A stretch of 64,000 bases of DNA from Squalus acanthias (Eukaryota). Positions 13,401-25,400 of the stretch are shown here, in pieces. The stretch's first letter is position 1. Every line of letters starts with the position of its first letter. The stretch covers positions 54,126,001 through 54,190,000 of the forward strand of contig CM059438.1 of NCBI GenBank assembly GCA_030390025.1, read 5' to 3'. The position numbers and the translations under genes are program-made. Under the pieces are notes generated by a model, which searched no databases, had not been told where the DNA came from, and worked only from the letters and a program-made list of their open reading frames with translations.

Positions 13401-16400
13401 TCCACCCATTTTTCCATACTAATTTCCATGTCCTTAATTTCTGTTCCATCGCCCCTCTTGTCCTCTGAGCTCATCCTGTCCATGCGACCCACCTCCTGCA
13501 TCCTTGAACCCTTTCCCACTAAATTCTGATCATACGAGTTGACATTGTTGAAACATAAGAACAGGAGTCGGCCATTCAGCCCCTCGCGCCTGTTCTGTGA
13601 TTCAATGAGATCATGGCTGATCTGTATCTTAACTCCATCTACCCGCCTTGGTTCCGGAACCCTTATTACCCATGCTGAACAAAAATCCATCAGTCTCAGT
13701 TTTGAAATTTTCAATTGACCCCCCAGCCTCAACAGCTTTTTTGGGGCAGAGTGTTCCAGATTTCCACTACCCTATGTGTGAAGAAGTGCTTCCTGATTTC
13801 ACCCTGAATGGCCTAGCTCTAATTTTAATATTATGCCCCCTTGTTCTGGACTCCCCCCACCAGAGGAAATAGTTTCTATCAACTCCTATAGTCATCTTAA
13901 ATACTTCAATTAGATCACCCCTTAATCTTCTATACTCAAGGGAATGCAAGCCTCGTCAATGTAACCTGACCCCATAGTTTAACCCTTTTAGGCCTGGGAT
14001 CATTCTGGTCAGCTTCCGCCTGAACATTGAAACCCAGTTCCACCTCTTCTCCTGACCAATGTTCCCTGTTAGCTGCGCTGTGTTCTGCGCGGCCTGTTCC
14101 TTTTAGTGCGTGGTCCCATTACATTTCCATACATGCGCGGTATTTCTAATGGAGAAGCCGGTGAATGGCCTGTGCAGGACCTTTCCCATTGCTGCACGGC
14201 CGCGCAGCTCAGAGGGAACATTTCTCTTGACCCCCACCCCCACCCCAACTGACTCTGTTGTCAGACTGCATGTCCAATATCCAGTCTTGGACGAGCTACA
14301 ATTTCCTTCAGTTCAACACTGGTAAGACCAAAGCCATTGTCTTCGGCCCCCGCCACCAATTCCATCCCCCTCCCTGTCTCCGACTGAACCAGACTATTTC
14401 CAACTTCATCATTCTATTCGACCCTGAGCTGAGCTTCCAACTCCATTTCTCTTTACAAAGTTTGCCTACTTCCACCTCGGTAACATTGTCCACCTCCGCC
14501 CACCTGCTGCTGAAAACCTCATCCATGCTTTTGTCACCTTCAACCGCTGCTATTCTATCTCTCTCCTGTCTGGCCTCGTACCATCCAACCTTTGTAAACT
14601 TGAGCTCATCCAAAATTCTGATGCCTGTATCGTAACTCGCACCAAGTCCTGTTCACCCATCACCCCTGTGCTCGCTAACATACATTGGCTCCCGGTCCAG
14701 CAACGCCTCCGATTTAAAATTCTCATCCTGGTGTTGAAATCCCTTCATGACCTCGCCCCTCCCTATCTCTGTAGTATCCTTCAAACGTACAACCTCTCCT
14801 TTCCCAAACTCTTGTTTTTTCGCTCCACCCCTGGCAGCCGTGCCTTCAGCCGTCTAGGCCCCTAGCTTTGGAATTCCCTCCCTACACCTCTCCGCCTCTG
14901 CACCACCTCCACCTTTAAGACTCCTTAAAACCTACCTCTTTAACTAAGCTTTTGGTCACCTGTCCTTGGTGTCAGTTTTTTTGTGAAGTGCCTTGTGGTG
15001 GTTTTCTACTTTCAAGGTGCACATTGTCACCTGCAGTTATCAGAGTGCTCCACTCATCCTCTTGCCTGTTCATTCCCACTAACACTCTGGTGAAAATGAG
15101 ACACAACTCATTTAGTATCTGCATCCTCCACACAAAGACTTCCTTTTTCAGCTCTAATCGGCTCATTTTTGAACTTATTCTTTTATTTTTTTTGTGTTTA
15201 TGAATTCTTTTCCCATTTCCCTTTATGTTCCCTGACAGCCATTCTCTATATTTCTTCTCAGCTTTCTAATTTTTTTTCCTTCCCCTCTATATTCTGCTTG
15301 ATTTTATTTTGTATTATTAGCCCTAGATTAGCCATGGTTTATTTTAAACACTCATTTTAATATTTCTCTACTCATCCAAGGAACTCCAGCTTTTGCTACA
15401 ATTCCTTTTCCTTCTTGTAGGAACATGTTCAGTCTTTACACCATTCACCTCCTGTTTGAATGGTTCCCATGGTCTATCCAGCATCTTATTTGACAATTTT
15501 TGTCTTTCCAATTTCTGGGCTGGTTCTCTCTTTATCTCCTTGAAATTGGCTTTTTTCCCCAGCCTGGTACCTTTATCTTTGTTCTCCTTCTCAATTTTTA
15601 AATTGAATCCAGTTGTGTTCTGCTCACTGTTTGCTAGCTGTTCTCTGGCCTTACATTAAGTACTTGTCCCATTTCATTCCCTAGATCCAGCACAGCCCCA
15701 TTCCTTGTACTAAAACACACTGATTTAGAAAGTGGTCCTGGACACGCTAGAGAAACTCCTCCCGTTCTTTGGCACTAGATTATTTTTACCACAGAGTATT
15801 TGTGCAACTGCCTGCACTTCCCACTCTCCCAACTTACTGCAGCATAAATTGATTATGGCCTGTGCTCAGGCGCATAACCAGCGGTGCTCAGACCCTGAGG
15901 CTTGGGACTCGCCTGAAATTGGGCCTTGCGCCTCCTTTCATTCATTTGGGCCAGCTGCCTGTCATGATCTTGAGGCAGTTTGCCCATTTCCAGAGGATGG
16001 GGGGGGGGGGGGGGGGGCGGGGGAGAGACAACAGACGGAGTGGGAGCATCTCAGGCCAACAGCAGCCCGTGAGATTGTTGTGGACCCGAGAGGAGCCCTG
16101 CTTTTCTTTTATAAAAAAAAAGTACTCTTCTGTTGGTGGCTGAAGTTATCGCTGAAGATTCCTGAGGGCCAGCTTCACTCCGCTCCGGCCAATTTAACAG
16201 AGGGGGCATAAAACAGGCCATAAGCATCTAATTTACATACGCAAGGCCTAATGCCTACTTTAGGCAACCATCAGAGATGCCTGACAAATCGCCTTACCCA
16301 ATATGGGGTCGGGCGTCTTTTAGGCGTCCTTGGTGTGGGGGGGGCATTGCCCCCTGAAATTGGTACTTTTTAACCCCCATTTTCCACCCACTGTTTTTTC

Positions 16401-19400
16401 TCCCGTTGGTTGCAGTGTTTTGAGCTTTGTGGGTGTGAAGAATTGGTCAAGATTGCTCCCTCATTGGAGGGCGGCGGCTGCTCCCTCATTGGAGGGCGGC
16501 GGCTGCTCCCTCATTGGAGGGCGGCGGCTGCTCCCTCATTGGAGGGCGGCGGCTGCTCCCTCATTGGAGGGCGGCGGCTGCTCCCTCATTGGAGGGCGGC
16601 GGCTGCTCCCTCATTGGAGGGCGGCGGCTGCTCCCTCATTGGAGGGCGGCGGCTGCTCCCTCATTGGAGGGCGGCGGCTGCTCCCTCATTGGAGGGCGGC
16701 GGCTGCTCCCTCATTGGAGGGCGGCGGCTGCTCCCTCATTGGAGGGCGGCGGCTGCTCCCTCATTGGAGGGCGGCGGCTGCTCCCTCATTGGAGGGCGGC
16801 GGCTGCTCCCTCATTGGAGGGCGGCGGCTGCTCCCTCATTGGAGGGCGGCGGCTGCTCCCTCATTGGAGGGCGGCGGCTGCTCCCTCATTGGAGGGCGGC
16901 GGCTGCTCCCTCATTGGAGGGCGGCGGCGGCTGGTCCCTCATTGGAGGGCGGCGGCGGCTGGTCCCTCATTGGAGGGCGGCGGCGGCTGGTCCCTCATTG
17001 GAGGGCGGCGGCGGCGGGTCCCTCATTGGAGGGCGGCGGCGGCTGGTCCCTCATTGGAGGGCGGCGGCGGCGGCGGCTGGTCCCTCATTGGAGGGCGGCG
17101 GCGGCTGGTCCCTCATTGGAGGGCGGCGGCGGCTGCTCCCCCATTGGAGGGCGGCGGCGGCTGGTCCCTCATTGGACTATATCCACCAGTGGAGGAGCAA
17201 TCTTTTCCAATCCTGCAGCCCATGGAGGTAAATACTGCAGATATCGAGAAAAGATATTTAGGGCAACAACCAAGCGGAAAGTAAGTGAGTCCAGGGCTGT
17301 GCGCGCCCGGCAACAGGAGCTTGCTGACCATGTCCCGGCCCAGTGGGTAAAGGCAGTTCCTAAGCCGCCTGCTGGTTAGGCATGGAGGAAGCAATGCTAT
17401 GGTTCTTGCTCCTGATCACTATCTACAGACTGTTGTTTGAATGGGCTCTGTGGATTTCAGGTGAGATTTGGATCATCTTGGCTTTAGTACACATAGAATC
17501 TCCAGCACAGAAACAGGCCATTTGGCCCAACAGGTCAATGCCGGTGGTTATACTCCACTCCTGCCTCCTCGCACTCTAATTGCCTCTTCCCACCCTGCTC
17601 CTGTATTCCTCTATTCCCTTCTCCCTCGTGTAGTCATCAAACCTCCCCTTAATTGTGTCAGTGCTATCTGCTACTTGTGATGAAATCGCCTGCCTGCTTG
17701 CTGGCTGGACTGGTATCTATCTGTAATAACAACAGAAAACGCTGGAAAAACTCAGCAGGCCAGGCAGCATCCGTGGAGAGAGAAAGAGAGTTAACGTTTC
17801 AGGTCGATGACCTTTCATCAGAGAAAGGTCATCGACCTGAAACGTTAACTCTCTTTCTCTCTCCACGGATGCTGCCTGGCCTGCTGAGTTTTTCCAGCGT
17901 TTTCTGTTGTTATTTCAGATTTCCAGCATCCGCAGTATTTTGCTATGGTATCTATCTGTGCCTGCTGCCCCTGGAATGGGACCCAGCAAGAGTAGTGCCT
18001 TGGTGTGGGGTGGGTAGTGGGAGGTGATGTTTATGCTGTAAATGTAAGAGTTTGGAACCGAGATTTTAAAGCTGGTTTAATTTGGTCCACCATGAAACTG
18101 GATACACAAAGGTAAATCTTCACCCCGTTCCTTTTCCTGCAGGTAATTCTGTACACCTTGCTGAGCCAGGAACGCAGGGAAGATCCCGAGGCTGGATTTC
18201 TCCTCTACCTCAAGACCGGTGCCATGCATCCAGTACCAGGCAATCGTATGGACAGGAGAGGTATCAAACAATTGGGGAATTTAGGAAACGAATATTACTG
18301 GGCCATAGCTTTTGTGAAGTGATGGAATGCACTATTCCATCTGTCATTGAAGCTCGGGCACCCGGTGGAGGTGGTTGTTTACCTCAAGTTGAGATTCTCC
18401 TGGCAGGTGAGTGATACGACCATGATGGCTTTCACCAGCCGAACCCTGCCAGCTGAATACCGGCCACTTGGGCAAGGTGCCTGTGAAATTAGAACCACCA
18501 GGGGTCAGTGTCCTCCAGAGAACATTGATAAAGTCAGCAAAAGTGGATGAGAGTCGAGGTAAAACTGTCACTGCATAAATGGGGACACGGCACTGCAAGC
18601 AGAGGATTTGGGAAGGCCCGAGGACAGGTTTCCCAATGGTTGAGTGGGTAAAGGCAGTGTGTGGTGTGGCACTGAGCCCCACAGACAGGAAGAACCCAGT
18701 TTTGTCTCGCCGAGGTAGCTGACCAGCCAGGGTAGTAGTTGGGGCACCATAATTGGCTTCAGTATCCCTAAGCTAGAGAGGGGGAATGATCGGGCAGGGC
18801 TCGTGTCTATGATCACTGGCAGGGTGGCCCACTGTTGAGAAGGGCACAGGATTGAAGGTTGTGACGAGAGGATTGGGCTCTGCTGTGATGCACCCTATGG
18901 TAGAATAGTCTGCTAACGCTCATTGTGTAGGCTCAAGCTTGGCGAGATACCAGATGGCTCCAGCTGCATGTGAAGCCTGGAAGAGCGGAAGGGTTAAAAC
19001 TAGGAGGAGGAAGTGTTCATCCAGGTATCTTGACACACGCAGAAACCCAACATGATTTTAGTACTTAGAAACTCACACAGGGAGAGTCTGTGCCTGATAC
19101 GGAGACACACACTTTCCCTGCAGCGGCACACATATTCAGCTGTCGGCTCGGCTGGTAAAAGCCATCATGGTCGTGTCAATCTGCCCTCACCTAAACCTGC
19201 AGAGGGAGAGAATGATGGTTGAGCCAGGAACACCCTACACATTAGAGTTGAAAGGTTATCTGGAGCGGAGTGGGAAGAATTACAGCCCCAGTGACAGGTC
19301 TATGACCTGCTCCCAATCAATGAGCAGAGGCAAATGCTCTCAGCTGACCACTCATTTGTACACACATTATCAGGGAATGAATCCACTGTCTTACTAACAC

Positions 19401-22400
19401 TAGTACCAAGCATTCGTATTCATGAACACAAGATTCATCCCTCTAATGCTCAACTTCTCCACCATAACGCCCAACTGTATCTTGCACACCCAGCCCAGTT
19501 GACCCTGCAAAGTCCTCCTCACCAACATCTGGGGACTTGTGCCAAAATTGGGAGAGCTGTCCCACAGACTAGTCAAGCAACAGCCTGACATAGTCATACT
19601 CACAGAACCATACCTTTCAGCCAAAACATTCACTCCCTCCACCACCGGCGCACCGTGGCTGCAGTGTGTACCATCTACAAGATGCACTGCAGCAACTCGC
19701 CAAGGCTTCTTCGGCAGCACCTCACAAACCCGCGACCTCTTCCACCTAGAAGGACAAGGGCAGCAGGCGCATGGGAACACCACCACCTCCAAGTTCCCCT
19801 CCAAGTCACACACCATCCTGACTTAGAAGTATATCGCCGATCCTTCATCGTCGCTGGGTCAAAATCCTGGAACTCCCTCCCTAACAGCACTGTGGGAGTA
19901 TCTTCACCACACGGACTGCAGCGGTTCAAGAAGGCAGCTCACCACCACCTTCTTAAGGGCAGCTAGGGATCGGCAATAAATGTTGGCCTTGCCAGTGACA
20001 CCCACATCCCATAAACAAATAAAACAAATGGTTTTTTTTTAACCTGAAAACTGTTTTTGTTTCAATCCTCACACAGAACTGCTGAAGCTAAGGAACCAGT
20101 TGGCTTTTTATTTAACCAATGGCGTAGTTTGGCCAGCATCAAAGAATACGGAGGCACAGCCTGCACCGCTACCTCCTGTCATCAGTGACCAACAGGCTTG
20201 CAGGTTCTGCTCGCAGAGACGTAACTGTGCTTTATACAGCAGGTAAGGGAGTGTCCAATCACTGGGGCCGTACCAGGAAACAGTGAGAGAGTGTCCAATC
20301 ACTGGCGCCGTACCAGGAAACTGAGGGAGTGTCCAATCACTGGCGCCGTACCAGGAAACTGTGAGGGAGCGTCCAATCACTGGCGCCGTACCAGGAAACT
20401 GTGAGGGAGTGTCCAATCACTGGGGCAATGGTGGGAGGGGTTGTGTTGCTGCGGGTGACCCTGGGAATTTTTTCGACTCATGCCCATTGGCCCTCGTGCT
20501 TTGGTGGGTCTAGACACGCTTTCACCCAGGGGACTCAGCCCTAGGTCCATTTCTTGCTCATGCACTCACACTCTTGCACGTGCATACAGTTACACACTCA
20601 ATCACACTCGCTCACTTCCAGCAGGTGACATTTTATAGTGGTAAGGAATAGGCTGACTTCCCCATCCTCGTTCCCAACCCAGGAATGCTTATGTGTGGCT
20701 CAGTTCTATGCCGGGGAAGTGAATTTATCTATTATTTATTTCTTGTGAAGCTATGAAATTTCAAGTTTAGTGAATGCACGGTATACTGAAAAGATGAATG
20801 GTGAAGCAAATATTATAGGAGTCTGTGGAACAGACAGAGAGCTAGGACTGGCAAGTTAAGCCGCCGCCTTGTTCTGCAGGGCAGTGGAGCAGGAGATGGA
20901 GGGCTGTTTTGTGCCTGTAGATGTGAAAGCTGTTCTGCAGCAGGAGACCCAACACTTGCAGCTTGTGGATCTGCAGTACTTCCGGCTCTGGTACCTGCTC
21001 TGTGTTCTGGAAGCGCACGCAGTCGATAGCAAAGGAGGGTCCCGAAACATCTGGATGCACTCTGCAGAGGACAGGTGAGAAAGAATCACTTTATCGTGTC
21101 ATAGCAGTCATGACCCTTGTGATGTGGGGGGGCTGTGTGCCGGGGGGGGGGGCGGTGTGGGCCGTGCGCGGGAGGGGGGCGGGGTGGGGGGGGGGGCTGC
21201 TGTGCGGGGCCGTGTGCGGGGGAGGGGGGGCCGTGTGCGGGGCCATGTGCGGGGGGACTGGCCAACCTATCAGCATAACCCTCTATTCCCTTCTCCCTCA
21301 ATGCTTATCTAACCGCCCCTTAAATGCATCTATACTAATCGCTTCAGCCACTCCCTGTGGTAGCGAATTCCACGTTCTCACCACTCTCTGGGTAAAGAAT
21401 TTTCTTCTGAATTCCCTATTTGATTTCTCGGTGACTATCTTATATTGATAGCCTCCAGTTTTGCTCTTCCCCACAAGTGGAAATACTCTCTCTCTATCTA
21501 CTCCATCAAAACCTTTCATGATTTTAAAGACCTCTATTAGGTCACCCCTCAGCCTTCTCTTTTCAAGAGAAAAGAGACCCAGCCTGTTCATCCTTTTCTG
21601 ATAGGTGTACCCTCGCATTTCTGGTATCTTCTCTGCACCCTCTCCAGTGCCTCTATATCCTTTTCATAATATGGCGACCAGAATTGCACACAGTACTCCA
21701 AGTGTGGTCTAACCAAGGTTTGATACAAGTTTAGCATAACTTCACTACTTTTCAATTCTATTCCTCTAGAAATAAACCCCAAGTGCTTGGTTTGCTTTTT
21801 TTATGGTCTTGTTAACCTGTGTCGATACTTTGTGATTTCTGTATTTGTACTCTGAGATGCCTTTGTTCTTCTACCCCATTTAGATTCTTATTTTCCAAGT
21901 AATATGTGATCTCCCTATTTTTCTTACCATAATGTAATACCTCACATTTATCTGTGTTGAATTTCATTTGCCAATTATATGCCCATTCTGCAAGTTTATT
22001 AATGTCCTCCTGTAATTTGTTGCAGTCCTCCTCAGTATTGGCTTCCCCCCCCAATTTGGTGTCATCTGCAAATTTAGAAATTGTGTTTTTGATTCCAAGG
22101 TCTAAATCGTTAATATAAATTGTGAACAGCAGTGGTCCCAGCACTGATCTTGTGGAACACCACGACCCACCTTCTGCCACTGTGAATAGCTACCCTTTAC
22201 TCCCACTCTCTGCTTTCGGTCTTGAAGCCAGCCAGCAATCCATTCTGCTACTTGTCCCCTGACTCCACATTCTCTGACCTTATTCATTCGTGATTATGTG
22301 GTACCTTATCGAAGGCCTTTTGAAAATCTAGATAAATTATATCTACTGCATTACCTTTGTCTACTCTCTCTGTTACCTCTTCAAAAAATTCAATTAGGTT

Positions 22401-25400
22401 GGTCAAGCAAGAATTTCCCTTTTGAAATCCATGCTGACTACTTATACTTTTCGTTTCTAGATGTTCTTCTATTTTCTCCTTTAGTAGGGATTCCATTATT
22501 TTTCCTACCACTGATATTAAGCTGACTGGTCTATAGTTCCCTGGTCATGTTCTTTCCCCCTTCTTAAATATCGGTATTACGTTAGCTATCCGCCAGTCCT
22601 CTGGTACTACACCTTTTTCTAACGAATTACTAAATAATGTATAGAAATGCCTCTGCTATTTCTTCCCTAGATTCTGTTAAAATGCGCGGATGTAATCCAT
22701 CTGGACCAGGGGTTTTATCCTGAGTTTCATTAGTTTATTTAGTATATCTCCTTGTTTTATATTAAATGCAGTTAACTCATTACTAATCTCATCATCCGAT
22801 GTCCTCTCCACCTGTTCTATCTTTCTGGTAAATACTGAAGCAAAGTAATTATTTAATATCTCTGCCATCTCCCTATCGTTACCTGTGATATTATCCTCTC
22901 CATTCCTTAGTGGCCCTATTCCCATCCCGACCTTCCTTTTTTTATTTATGTGCCTGTAAAATATTTTACTATTTTGTTTTATGTTCCTTGATAATTTACT
23001 TTCACTATCCTCTTTGCCTTCCTAATTTTTTTTGACTTCTCTCCTAATCCCTTCATATTCTCCCTTATCATGCTCTCTCCTTTTGTAATTACTGTTTTTC
23101 TTAGTTTATTTTCCATTGAAGAGAGGGCAGTGTAATGTTTTTGAGATTGTTTTATGTTGATGTTTGGATGATTTTGTTTTGATAGGGAGCTGCGAGGTTG
23201 TTGTGTCGCTAACCTTGTGCGCAGTAGTTGTGTACAGACCGTTTCTGATGGACAGTACCAGCATCAATTCACACGGAGAAGTGGGTCCATCTCGAAAACT
23301 GCACTAATGGTTGGAGACAGAGTTGTAGTAAGTGGGCAGGAGAAAGTGCTGCTTGCTGTGTCTTCCGGATATGTCACTGAAGTCCACTCCTCCCAGGTTA
23401 CGTGCACACTAGATCGGTAAGGGACTCCAAACACTGTCATGATCTTGTAGGAAGGAGTGAACCTAAAATCCAATAGGAGAAATTGGATCGGGGTTTATCA
23501 CTTATGTCTGGGATTTTACAGGATGCCATTTGGTTTGCGGAGTCATTCTACACAAACCATCTCATGTAAAGAAACTGTACAAACTTGGTGCTGCTTGTGA
23601 CTATAATGCAGCACTGCCGAGATTTATTGTTAACTCTTGTCCCACTTGGAAGATCTCAAGGGCATGACACAAAACTTAATGCGCTACTTCATTTAACTGC
23701 AGTGATAGCACTGCCGTTATCATTAAAAGCTTCAGTGTCACTGATTACAGTGAACATAAAGTACAGTCAGAAATGAACCTTCCAGTATCAGCACTGTTAC
23801 TAAAATTCAGTTCCAAGATTACAGCATGCACTCTCCCAATCCTTCCCAAAAATCTTGCACAAGATGAAAACTGTTGACTTTGTAAATCAGGCATCCTGAC
23901 GTGTCACCAATAGACCCATTGTCAGCGACAACTCGAGATGCTTCATCCAGAAAAAACATGGCCAAAAATTGTTGATGCCAAATCTCTACTATAACTTTAC
24001 AGATTAATTTGTTTCATTCCAGTAATTTTATTGCATGTTTTCAACCACAAGAGAATAAGTCTATTTTGTCTTTCTTTCATTCAGTTAGAATGTTTTGTGT
24101 CTGTAGAAACTTCAATACTGCCCTTGAAAACAGACATCCATCATCCTTGCATTGAGTGAGACATGTCCTGAAAATCGTCCATTACGTTGCCGTAGCGCCC
24201 GGCTCGACGTTTTCGCCCCGCTTCTCATCTTCCCACTACATCGTATCTCCCTCTACTAGCACAAAAGCCTCCAGTTCGCACATCTTATTCCACCTACTAA
24301 CATCCTCTGGTAGTGTTACTTCCTCTTTTGGTCCTCTTGTGACTGCCTGTTACTGGTGCCTGACCGTCTGTGTTCAAATCTGCTTCATGATGCCTTCCAC
24401 TCTTCAATCATTTGTCTGCGGTTTCTATATATTGGGGGATTCCAGGCTGACACCACATGGTCAGTGCTTTAAATATGCTATGACCAGAATACAGCATCAC
24501 ATTGACTAGAACTCTGCCTTGCCACGCAGGAACCTCTCCAGGCTGCCTCTAGAAACGGTCTTCAGACTCGACCATGATGAAGGAGTTGGAAATATGAACA
24601 CTCATTTGGGAAACCTTTCTAAATTAATGGAACAATCTGCAGTCAGGTAAGTCAGAACTGCGAAAAAAACGTATTGCTATGTAACTTTTTATTATTTTTT
24701 GTGCTCGTCCAGATAGGGGCTGCCAGTCCCCTGGGTAATGGAACATATTCTCATCTGAGTATCAAACACTCCCAGGGCAGGTACAGCACGGGTTAGATAC
24801 AGAGTAAAGCTCCCTCTACACTGTCCCGTCAAACACTCCCAGGGCAGGTACAGCTCGGGGTAGATACAGAGTAAAGCTTCCTCCATTTTTTTCTAAATAT
24901 TAATGACCTGGACTTGGGTATACAGGGCATAATTTCAAAGTTTGCAGATGACACGAAACTCGGAAATGTAGTCAACAGTGAGGAGGATAGTAACAGACTT
25001 CAGGAGGACTTCGACAGACTGGTGAAATGGGCAGACACATGGCAGATGAAATTTAGTGTAGAGAAGTGTGAAGTGCTGCATTTTGGTAGGGAGAATGAGG
25101 AGAGGCAATAAAAACTAAAGGATTTTAAAGGGGGTGCAGGAACAAAGACACCTGGGGGTGTATGTACACAAATCTTTGAAAGTGGCAGGACAAGTTAAGG
25201 AGACAGTGCAAAAACCATGGGATCCTTGGCTTTATTAATACAGTACAAAAGTAAGGAAGTTATGCTAAACCGTTATAAAACACTGGTTAGGCCTCAGCTG
25301 GAGTATTGTGTCCAATTCTGGGCACCACACCTTTAGGAAGGATGTCAAGGCCTTAGAGAGGGTGCAGAAGAAATTTGCTGGAATGGTACCGGGGATGCGG

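Noticed and set aside
15850-16400. Possible further MITE remnants (also ~10900-11290, ~37020-37125, ~53280-53700)
   Set aside because: Could not pair termini or find a TSD by eye.
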